Source of the DNA: Podospora anserina
Lineage: Eukaryota
Reading direction: 5' to 3'
DNA length: 64,000 nt
Assembly: GCA_017654855.1 (NCBI GenBank)
Contig: CM030332.1
Span: 3,720,001-3,784,000, forward strand
The notes under the pieces were generated by a model. It saw only the letters and a list, made by a program, of their open reading frames with translations, ran no database searches and had not been told where the DNA came from. The position numbers and the translations under genes were made by a program. The first letter of the stretch is position 1. Each line of letters starts with the position of its first letter. Shown here piece by piece: positions 49,762 through 60,555 of this stretch.

Positions 49762-52700
49762 AACCAGCGAATCTCATTATGTGGTGGATAGGCTGTGGTC
49801 TATGCTGAGCTTGTTGACCAGCACAAATGGTTGTGTGAAATTAGGCGGGCGGGATTTGGGATTGTGTGTGGCACTATTCGCCATTTCGACTGTCAGCCGC
49901 GGGGCTGCGCCTTGGTTTTATCGACAAAGTGCCATCCAGCTTCTCGCACACCTTCAACACTCTTCATGTCGCGGCTTTCGGGTCAGTCGGTGCGATTCCT
50001 GGAACTTCTCAAACAGGTTGTGCGCGATGCAAGTTCTTCAATCGGGAAGTTGGGTCTGAGCGCAAACCTTCTTTGGACGCCAAATCGGGCGACTTGCGAC
50101 ACACGACACACCACATGAGACCTCGGGTGTACCCATGAAAGGCTCTCCATCTGCAAGTTTTGAGCATACGACGAAAGATCGATGGCTTGTGACCCGATCA
50201 CACGAAATGTGGCTGACAGCAAGGATGCGAACCGAGCGCCTTGTCCACCACAGTTCACCTCGTCGGCCTCCGCAGTCCCAACTTTAAGTCCGGCCGACAA
50301 CGATCATGACGGGGCATATTTTTGATCAAACCAGGAGGCGATGGAAAGAGAGATTGGTGATTATTGACACAGAACCGAGTGAAGCAGCAGTTTACTCATC
50401 TTACCCCTTTTGATCAAGAAAAGACTTGGGCCAGTGTGATGATGATTGCCAACACCAGCTCGGCATATGACTCGTCATCACCAGATTCAGTAGCGCGATC
50501 CATAAAAGCCGGGCAACTATATATCAACGGGCCGTGTCGTGGAGCAGGCGGTAACCGGGCGGAACGGCACGGGACGGGAGACTGACGGGAGTGCCCACAC
50601 CTTCATCTATCCGGTGAGAGCAGATGCTTCCGGGCTGGTCACACGGCGGTAAACCAGACACACCGGTTCGGCGCATTGCCCCAAGGTGGAAGGACGTTAC
50701 ACGAGAGAAAAAAAAGGGACGCCACGCGATGAACGTGGGGGGAACACTGGGGAATAATATGACTCGTCGACAACAGCACAAGTGCGGCCAACACACCTGG
50801 GTTAGAAATCGGAACCACGATCGGGGTGGTCAAATTGCATCTTTGAGGGCATTGGGAGAAGGTTGTGGAAAACAGATACATGGGGCATCAATCAGGGTCA
50901 TGACTTTTTTTCTTGTTCTTTGTTCGCTTCTATTTTCGCGGATTTTACTGTGGTTTTGTTCTTTTTCATTTGTGTTTTTTGATATATGAGTTTTTATTTT
51001 CCGAGTTGAGACGCTGTCATTTGTATGATGGGACTAAATAGCGGGTTTGAGGTTATGGGGAAGGCAAATTTGATGTGGAAAGTGGAACATGGAAAATGGA
51101 TGGGCTGTTTGTTTGTTGTTTACATATTATATATACATTCTGCTGCTAAACATGCAGTGGTGTTCTTCTGACGCCGAAGCGTTCTGCATCTTTTAGGTTG
51201 AATGGAACTGAAGATGTGTTTTATGTTGAGCTTTGTGTTTTGAATACCGCTGGGTTTATAGATGTGCAGATGGGAATGAGGTCAAACGGTGAATGACATG
51301 CCTCGAATGTGAGTGGATGTATATAGATGTCTTGAAGTTGTGGGTTGAGATGGAAAAGAGATGAATGCTAGATGAGTTTTTCTGCCGAGCAGTGAATTGG
51401 TTGTTGACAGACTCTCGAATATTTGCCAATGGTGAAGAGAATGATGTGTATTGTAGGCTGTTCAATATTTTATTCAAGTGACAGGATCAACAACCTATTA
51501 TGAATCAGAATGATTCAAGCTACTCTTTTTTTTTTCTTTTTTTCGCAAGCCCGTCCCCCCTTTTTTCCCAACACTAACTGACTATAAGCTCAAAAGTCGA
51601 CATAAACTTGATAGCGGTTTCTTTTGGTTGACTAGAGCTCCGTTGCAACTTCGGAGACATGGTTCAGTGTGTTTTTTTTTGTCTTCAATGGGGTAAGTAA
51701 GTAGCAACTGAATGAATCTATGGGACATTCATTGCGCTCTCATAGCAGTTGAGATGACTGGAAGAAAGTATAGACACATGTAGGTAAGGTAGGTAGGAGG
51801 TCGTGTATGATATGTATGCAGTAAAGCAGATACATATCACCTACTGTGCTCTATGGTGGAAAGGTGAAATAGGTATGCACACGCCCTTGCGAACCCAGAG
51901 AATGAGGCGCCATGGGAAAGGGTGTATACATCATCATGTACATTGTGTCAACTTGCAGAAGTCTTCGTCAAAGGGTCAGGTGAGTCAAGGTCAAAATTTG
52001 CGGTCTGACTTGTGGTAGAAAAGGTGAAATTGGAATGTATACATATATAGTAGTGCCAGTAATGTACTATCGAGTGCGCAAGGTGTCAGTGATAGGTTGG
52101 TAGATAACTTCAACAATACGTCCGGTAATATCGTAGCCTTGTAGGGATATGCCTGTCTGTTCCTCCATTCCAATGCTACGGGGTGTACTCCCATATTCAG
52201 TGACGGTTACAGTCATATCACACCGGTGTTCTATTGCAGCTAGTATACCAGCGTGCTATCGTAGAGTCCTATTCCCAGTGAACATCTGTGACATCGCCAA
52301 AAACTACACCCTCCCCCACACTTACAACTCCGTCCCCCGCTAGGATTCCCCAGACCCCGCGAATTTTTTGCGTCCGTTCGCCCTGCCGTGGACCCCACAA
52401 CTTGGCGCGCCCCCCGGCCGCTTTGCTTCCCCCGCAAAACCCACTTTTCCGCCTGCCGCCGTCATTCCCGTCCGTGTAACGGCGCGCGACGCGGGCTGGG
52501 CGTGTGGTTCTGCCGTCTCTCGCACGGGAGTATCCAGTGTCTTTCTTGTCTTGTATGATCTGTGCCGTGTTTGTTCCCTCTTCATGCCAATCCACCTGTT
52601 CGTGTGCCTGCCGTCCCGTCCTTGTTCTTGCTGCCCTGAAACCGAAACTTCTCGTACCTTTCCAGATCCAAATCTGGGACTGATATTATAAATGTAAGCT

Positions 52701-53174
52701 GGTTATTGGTGGAAGTATCAAGGCTAAGAAAAAGACTCGCGCAGCACGTGCCGTAAATCGAATATAAAACCGGTACAGGTACATTGTCATTTCGTCGTAT
52801 CCAACAAGAGGGGCCAGTTTGTTTCGCTGAAGGGAACGAGTGGACAAGTCGGGATGTAGCAGTGCAGGCACTCCAAAAGCAGCAGCAGTTCATGCCGGCA
52901 AGCCAACCTTCCGGTCTGTCGTGGTAGTTGAGGGCGCTTCGAGCCGAGCGCACGGCTGTTTGTATGTAGCCTTTCAAACGTACTTCATCCTCGATCAATG
53001 GACCCCGAACCATGTCATGGCCTCCTAGATTGACAGCCTTTGTCACCTTGACGATCCACCAAACTTCCCCAGTAACAACGAGCAGCCCCCAAGGAATTCC
53101 AATTTGGGTTGTCGGTCAGGAAGAGGTCTCGTCTTGATAATAGCTGTCCATTTTAAGAAGTGAAGTCGGAGCAA

Positions 53175-54260
53175 TCAACCTGTGAGCTTCCACAACAACA
53201 CCATCAACGCAACGTAGCACATGAAGCTCAACAAAACGAGCAACGCCACGCTGTTACCGCTGGTCCGGAATTTCTTCTTGACAACGAGGGTCCTTCTTCG
53301 CCCCCGTACGGTAAGGCCTGTTGGGGTTGCTGGATCGTTTTCTTCGCCGCTACTACTTTCGTCTTCGCTCTCGACCGAATCAAAGAACTGACGGTTGCCT
53401 TCGTACCGCCGGTAGATGGCGACTAGCATAATAGCCGTACCATAACAAGCGAATAAGGCTCCTATGGGGTAGAACTCCGAGGTGAAAATCTTGAGGATGA
53501 CTAGCGCAAAGGAGAACTGTGATAGAGCCGTGCGCATATAGGCACCCTCAAAGGTTCGTTGGGCAGCGCGGATTTCCACCAGCCTGAACAAGTAAAGCGT
53601 GTGAGTAGACTGCCTCGTATGTGCATATGGTGTACGACAGAACTGCAGGGGAGTGTCCGAGATATGATCTAGATGGGGCAACTAGCCTGCGACCACACGC
53701 CTCGATCTGAACAACAAATGGTCTAGAGTAGGCGAGATCGTTCGGGCCCGCTACACGTTCCTACCCGTCAAAAATGCCCCGTGCCGTCTGTATGAAAAGA
53801 CTTCCGCAAGTGCGGGGAACGGCAGAAGAAGAGGCGGCAGACACAAGCATGGTGGCGGCGTGCATATCACTGACAGGTCTCCACCAAGAAGGACCGATAA
53901 TCATACCAAGATGGAAAGGCGGCAAGAAAAGGGGGGAGGCTGGATCGAAACAAGGACAATATGGTGACGAATCAGGGGCAGGTGAGGCGTCCAAGGTAAG
54001 GAGGTGTGTGAACAATTGGAAGCAAGGAGAAATAGAGGCTGAGGTGTTGGTCGTACAAGACCGGCACTTCGGAACGACATTGCGAAAGATGAGATCAAGA
54101 CTCACTCTTGACTCGTCAGCACGACTGATCGTGCGCGGTGAAGACGCAGATGGAGTCGGTCCTGGGGGTAAGGATGGAGGGCCTATACATAGCAGACGTC
54201 AGTTATTGGTGCTATTCGGGGAGTGATGAGCGCGCGACGCACCTCGAGCATGGACGCCAT
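53175..54260 (-). CDS. DUF202-family small membrane protein (167 aa, three hydrophobic segments)
   Basis: Exons 54260-54243, 54182-54106, 53583-53175 join in frame to give RARSVVLTSQELVEIRAAQRTFEGAYMRTALSQFSFALVILKIF...FRTSG. Confidence 0.8.
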
Positions 54261-55288
54261 GCTGAGCGGCTTGTGTTGGTGGTGCTGACTGAGGAATTGA
54301 TAAGTGAAAGGGCAAGCTGCCCGACTTCGTTCGGGGCCGAATCTATTATTATGAGATTAAGCGTGCTGTAGCGCGGATGTGATGAGGTATGAGATGGATG
54401 AGAAGATGAATGATATCGTGGGCTGTGACTGTTGTTTGTTGAAGGTTGCTTCGGTCAGTGGGTCTTGCGTAATTTTGGGGCGGGTTGTGTTATTGTTAGC
54501 CTCAAAGCACGCATAACCCTAACCCGTAACAAGCTGGGCCCGCAGCATTCTCGCATACCTCACACAGGGAAGACAGTGAATGGTATGTTTAGAGCTCTGA
54601 GTAATTGAAAGAATATATGATTTTGAATGTCAATTGCAGTTTTGAGTGTAGTTAGCTATACAAACACTGGAGGCAAATAGAGCTGCCATCGTCACCCAGA
54701 ACCTATGAAATCCATAGTGACATGGCTGGCTCCTGAGTACAACCTGTGTGTGGTTCTCTGACCATTTCCGATGATCATCAGACGCGAAATGTTACATGAT
54801 CAATCTTGTAACACAGAATATCTTATAGAGGCTCGTAAAAATGGAGATTATCTCAAAGGTAAACCTGGACTCAAGACCTCTAGATAAGTAAAGCTCTCAA
54901 AGTGTCAGAATTACAGTCAAGAATCATCTGCTCACTGGAAGCAAGAACAGCTGTCCAATCATTTCACAGCATTTACACCAAAAATCCCAACCAATCAACT
55001 CACACCATTCTCACCTAGCGCAGCTCTACCACCCCTGCAACAGTGGCCCGTGCCTGATATCGATTGCAGGGTTCCCGCAGCACAGTGGAGCAGCCTTGTC
55101 GATTGAAGCTTCGTGGCCGCTTCATTCGAGAGAGAGCTCCCGAGCAGCTCGCGGGCGCAATCATCACCATTGAAACATTTCCCCATCGACGACGCCCTCC
55201 TCCACAAACTCACACTCACCCACCCAGTTCCCTCTTTTTCTTCAACAACAAACACCCACGCAGCTTGTACCCTCAAAAACAAGAAACA

Positions 55289-55990
55289 ATGGCCCAAAAA
55301 CGCAACAACGCCAACCGCGGCGTCTCGCCAAACCCAAAGACAGCCACCACCACCTCTTCCTCAACCACCACCGCCCCCCTCCCTCCAACCCCCAACCCTG
55401 CCGCTCCCATCCCAGGAAGCAGCAGACCAACATCCTCCCACTCCGCCACCACCACCTCAGCCAAAACCTCCGCCTCCGCGCCCGTCGCCCAGACCTGGGA
55501 CAAGGTCGTCTCCAACCTGACAACCCACTACCAGAAATCCACACCCCAGCGGACGAAGCTGCTCGATGCGTTTATGGCCTTCTTGGTGGTGGTGGGGGTC
55601 CTGCAGTTTGTGTATTGTGTCTTGGCGGGGAATTACGTACGTTGACATCCAAACAATAATCTGGCTCTTATCCAGGGGGAGGCAGGGGGAGAGATCCCGG
55701 GTTGTATATGTTGCTAACATGTGGTATAACAACAGCCCTTCAACGCCTTCCTCTCCGGCTTCAGCGCGACAGTCGGGCAGTTTGTTCTCACCGCGTCGCT
55801 GCGCATTCAGACCACCGAGGCGAATAAGAAGGACTTTCCGGCGGTTTCTCCCGAGAGGTAAATGCATACATCACTGCTCATTTGACCCACGTTCAGGGGG
55901 CCAGGGGGCTAACATTGGAATAGGGCGTTTGCGGATTACGTCGTCTGCAGTTTAATCCTGCATTTCTTCTGCGTGAACTTTATCAACTAG
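55289..55990 (+). CDS. OST2: Oligosaccharyltransferase subunit Ost2/DAD1
   Basis: Exons 55289-55636, 55736-55857, 55924-55990. TKLLDAFMAFLVVVGVLQFVYCVLAGNYPFNAFLSGFSATVGQFVLTASLRIQ...SPERAFADYVVCSLILHFFCVNFIN. Confidence 0.96.
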
Positions 55991-56314
55991 ATTTGCCGGT
56001 GAAAAGGGGAACGGGGAAAACAAAACCAAAGCGAGCGAGCGCAGATATTTGGAATCTTTTGGGCCAAAACTGGGGGCAGTGGTGAAATGTGGTGTTTTTT
56101 CTTCTTCGATTCATCTCTGTTTAACAATTGCTGTATTTTCTGTCTACGTTACTTCTTTTCACCGCGTGAGGAGTGTGCGGTTCATATACCACATCATACC
56201 GTCCCTGCTGTACAACAAAATTTACAGCAACAAGACAAGAATCAAGGCCAGACAGATAACTTTATATGATAAACAGGCAGGGCTGGTATAAACAAAATAC
56301 ACATTTCAAGATGT

Positions 56315-57425
56315 TCACTCTCCCTCCTTGGGTGGAGGTATGCTTCCAACCCTGGGCGGCCCTCCCATTGGTGGCCCTCCGGTTTTTGGGGGAGGTGGCA
56401 ACGGTGAGGCAGTTCGACTTGGCGCGTTGTCCAATTCTCTGCTCTTCTTTTCCTGTTCCTTGAAGTAATCGTCCATGAGATTCGGTCCCGTATGGTGGCC
56501 CCTTTCCTTCTTTTTGCCTCGGGGTGGTGCAGTACCGCCTGTTGTTGGAGGCGGGCTAAGTAGTTGAGCCGGGACAAGAAAGTCTGCCGAGGAGGATGGA
56601 GGGGGAGGAGTAGCTGTGGTAGCCGCCGGAACAAAAGGTGAGAATGACCTTGGGGCAGCGCCGAACTGAGGGATGCCACCACCAGATTCACTGCCATCAA
56701 AGAGAGTCTCACCGGGAGCTTGAACTGGCTCGCTAAGAGGGGCAGGGATGCGATGTAGGGCGCCATAGCCGAGGACGCAGCCGAGAGCTCCCTCTCCTCC
56801 CCAGTCACGCGAGGGCTGGATGGTGACCTCGCGCGTGACGTTGTATTCGTTGTTGTAGACGTAGAGGCGGAGGGGGCGGCCGATGTGGTCTTCTACCAGC
56901 TCGGAGAGGCCGGATTCGCCGTGGAGGACGCCCTCGGGGGTGCCGAGGATGTAATCGCTGTAGGGGAGGAGGCCGGCGGCGTCGGCGGGGGAGTTGGCGG
57001 GGACGTCGAGGACGTGCCAGATGTTGGAGACGACGGAGAGCGGGGTCCATTGGAGGGTGAGGCCTAGGGAGGCGGTGTCGGCGGGGACAGGGACGTGGAG
57101 GGCGCGTGTGCGCTGGCCTTTGGCGGACCAGAGGCCGAGCATCACTGAGGAGCCGGCGCAGTTGCGGACTTCCTGGGCGAAGAGGGAGGGGTCGGAGGAT
57201 TCCTGGGGATCAAGGTTAGTTGAAGAGGGGCGAGAAGGGGAGTTTGGGGGGAGGTACAATCATGCGCCCGTTGATGCCAACTACGTAGTCGAACCATGGC
57301 TCGATGGAGAGCTCGAGGTTGGTGTTGCGCAGGACTTGGAAGCCGAAACCGCTGTGGGTTTCTCTTGCCTGGGGAGGCGCATCACCGTCGAGACGGGATA
57401 TGAATCGGTTGAGGGCGTTGAACAT
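56315..57425 (-). CDS. GRH1: GRASP55/65-family Golgi reassembly stacking protein
   Basis: Exons 57425-57258 and 57202-56315. Motifs GFQVLRN, IEPWFDYVVGING, WHVLDVPANSPADAAGLLPYSDYILG, YVYNNEYNVTREV, WGGEGALGCVLGYGALHRIP. Confidence 0.93.
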
Positions 57426-57747
57426 GTTTTGGGGGGGCTATGTGGTGGTTTGGAGGTTGGGTTGTCGTCGTTCTGAAGAGTGAAGCTGTCTCGAAGGCAG
57501 GCTTGGCATGAGCAATTGGACAGGGGTCCGGTAATGGATACGGTGGTGTTTATCGGTGACCCGCTCTTCACCTTGAGGGTGGGGCAGGTCTGAGCTTCTC
57601 TGAACTGCAAACGCTCATCCCTGTCTTGGCATCGAGTCTCATTGTGGTTTAAATTCTTGTAGAGTTCTTCTCATGGTCAATCCGGAAATTCTAGATGGAA
57701 ATCACAAGCATCTTCCCAGACTCATTCTTGAATTCACATAATACATC

Positions 57748-58832
57748 ATGGGCCAAGAACAGTCTGTGACTGAGCGCGACAAGGCGTCACCAAGTCCAAG
57801 TGTAGTGGTAGGCTCCACACTGCCGCGTTCACCAACCAAACACGCTGGAACAGCACTCAACACCAGAATTCAACCTCACACCAACAAGGTCACCAAGAAA
57901 CGTCCTCAGAAAATCAGAAAAGATACGAGAGAGAGAAAAACGATCCCATTTGGCGGCATACCCATCCCTCACCGACCCCCATTTGAGCCAGAGCCCAAAC
58001 AGACCGCCATGTCCATCATGAAACCCGTCGTTGGCAAACTGCCACTCACAGATGAATGTCTTCACTACGATGATGTGTGTGAGGTGCCGCAAAATCTTCA
58101 AAAGTAAGCCGCTCAACCCACCTACGTGATTCCACTTAACTAACTCTTCAAAGATATTTCCACCAGCGCTACTCAATATTCAAATTCTATGACTATGACA
58201 TCCGCCTCACAAACGATGCTTGGTTTGGCATCACCCCAGAACCCCTAGCCTTGAGGCTCGCCAACGACCTGCCTTCACATCTCTACTCCACCCCACGGCG
58301 CACGACCATAGTTGACCTCTTTGGCGGTGCTGGCGGCAACACGATCGCCTTTGCCCTCTCAGAAAAATGGGAGCATGTCATCTCCATCGAGCGCGATGCC
58401 TCCACTCTCGCATGCGCCCAACACAACGCCGAGGTATACGGCGTCTCCGGATACATCACCTTTATCCATGGTGACTGCCTTGACTTTTTGGATCGTCTAA
58501 AGTATCACCCAGAAACACTGGATTTATCACTACGAGAAAAGTGCGATATGAGCCAGACCGTCCTGTTTGCATCGCCACCATGGGGAGGAGTGGACTATAA
58601 GGAGCAGGATGTGTTCGACCTGAGCACCATGGAGCCGTACAACCTCGAGGTACTACACAAGTCTTGCAGTCCTATGGAGCATGCTTTGTATTTGCCTAGG
58701 ACGAGCGATTTGAGGCAGATTGCAAAGCTGGCTCCGAAAGGTGAGAAGATAGAAGTGGTGCAGTATTGTATGGATGGGGCGAGTAAAGCGATGGTTGCTT
58801 TGATCCCAGAGGCGACGCCGGAGTTGACTTGA
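57748..58832 (+). CDS. TGS1: Trimethylguanosine synthase (RNA cap hypermethylase)
   Basis: Exons 57748 (or 58009)-58103 and 58154-58832. Motifs KYFHQRYSIF, DAWFGITPEPLA, IVDLFGGAGGNTIAFA, FASPPWGGVDY, LYLPRTSDLRQ. Confidence 0.92.
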
Positions 58833-59215
58833 TTATTTCGGCAATTTGCTTCATTTAGATACTTTTAGACCATAGATACCCCCTCAAGCAAACAATATGC
58901 CTCCCCAGGATCTGTGAAGTTCGAGGCCGATTATGTAATCTTCAAGAGCTCCGCTTGCCTCGCAAACAAGGCAGGAAATGTGGGTCTCAGCTGTCGTTGC
59001 CTCACAGACCAAGCACGGGCGGGATGCTCCAACAACACACTGGACCTCGCCGTTGGCCGACCCGAACATCAAGCTCCAGCAATTGCGCGTCCCATGATCC
59101 AGCAACATTCGTCTTTGGCGCTGGCATTGCTCACCGAATATTACCGTCGATTCCCTCGACGACCTTGTATACACCTCCATTTTCGCACCGGTAGCTCCAA
59201 TCCCAGCCAGTCAAC

Positions 59216-59609
59216 ATGAAGCCTATCGTCGGCGCCGTGCAGGCATGGTCTTGGTAAGAATGACTCCATCAACCTCGCCAGTCATGGAAGGCATTGCGCT
59301 AACAGCAACTCACCGCAGCGTTGTGATTTCTCTCTTCGCCCTTGTCGTCCTCGGTATTCTCGGCATTCTCTTCAACAAGAATCACCCAGAGCTCGTCGGC
59401 GGTGGTGAGGACCCCGAGAACGGACCAGAAGTTGCCTCTACCATCTTCACTGCTATTATCATCTACATCGTATGTTGCGTCCCTATACGCATCAAAGTCC
59501 AGGACAAAGATTGCTAATAATGCTTGCCAAACAGGGGTTCATTGTCTTCTGCGGCTTCCAGGGTCTCCTGCACGTACGCCAAAGCCGACGGGGCTCGATT
59601 GCGCTATAA
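59216..59609 (+). CDS. V-ATPase V0 subunit f (RNase-kappa / yeast YPR170W-B family), 87 aa
   Basis: Exons 59216-59253, 59319-59469, 59535-59609 give MKPIVGAVQAWSCVVISLFALVVLGILGILFNKNHPELVGGGEDPENGPEVASTIFTAIIIYIGFIVFCGFQGLLHVRQSRRGSIAL, with two TM helices. Confidence 0.85.
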
Positions 59610-60555
59610 GTAACATATGGCGAGGACGGGAACGAGAACATTGAATCATTCACGGATTATGGCGTTTTTTTTTTGGGTCGCGCTGGCGAAGCATTTGTGT
59701 TTTTTTGGCTGCCCTGGGGACGGGGAGGGTTGCTCTAATATAGCATATTGAGTTGGGAACCAGGTGGCTTGGGGGCTGGCTTGTGTTCATACCATGTGAG
59801 GAACTATTGCTTCACCCATAGAGATGGAGAGCTAGAGGTTGGCCTTTTCTGTTAGTTTGACTGTTGACAGCAAGTACTGTAATGATACTTTTGACGTTAA
59901 CTTGCAGAAGGCGGGGGTCTAGTTCGGCAGTGAACTTGTGTCGGTTGATGACAGGCGGTCTTGAAGAAGTCGACTGTTGAAGTCTCTTGCCTGCCACGTT
60001 TTGGGCTGGTTGGCGTGGATGATAGTGGGTGGAGTAGCTTGGCGAGCTGAAAACACACATTTCCCAATTGGGAATGCAGGTTGCACCTTCAACTGTCGCG
60101 ATTCCCATGTCGTCCCTGGTTGCTTTTAGGCATCACAGCCTCCAAAATAAAGTTCCCGCCGGCTCCTCCACCTATTCCGCTGCAGCTTTAGGCATCGCGG
60201 GCTATCACAGGATCTCGCGCCTTTCTCGTGTGGGGATCTCCTGCTGTGTTCAGGCAGCACACCCCCCTGTTACGTCCAAGAGGCGACGAACCTTCACCAC
60301 ACCTCCACCGAGAATCTCAAACGCGCGTGTCATTCAACAAGGGTTTCGAGGAGTCTTCAACAAAAACAACTTGATATTTAAGTACCTAACACCCCCTTCG
60401 TCTTCCGATTCACACACTTTGACCATCTCTCTTACTCGCTTCTCAGCACATCCCACATATCGCCATTCTAGAGGAGTCGGAGATTATTTTCATCCAGCTC
60501 AATTGACTTTGCATCTGGAGCTGTTCGTTCAGATACAAGTCACATATCTTTCAAC

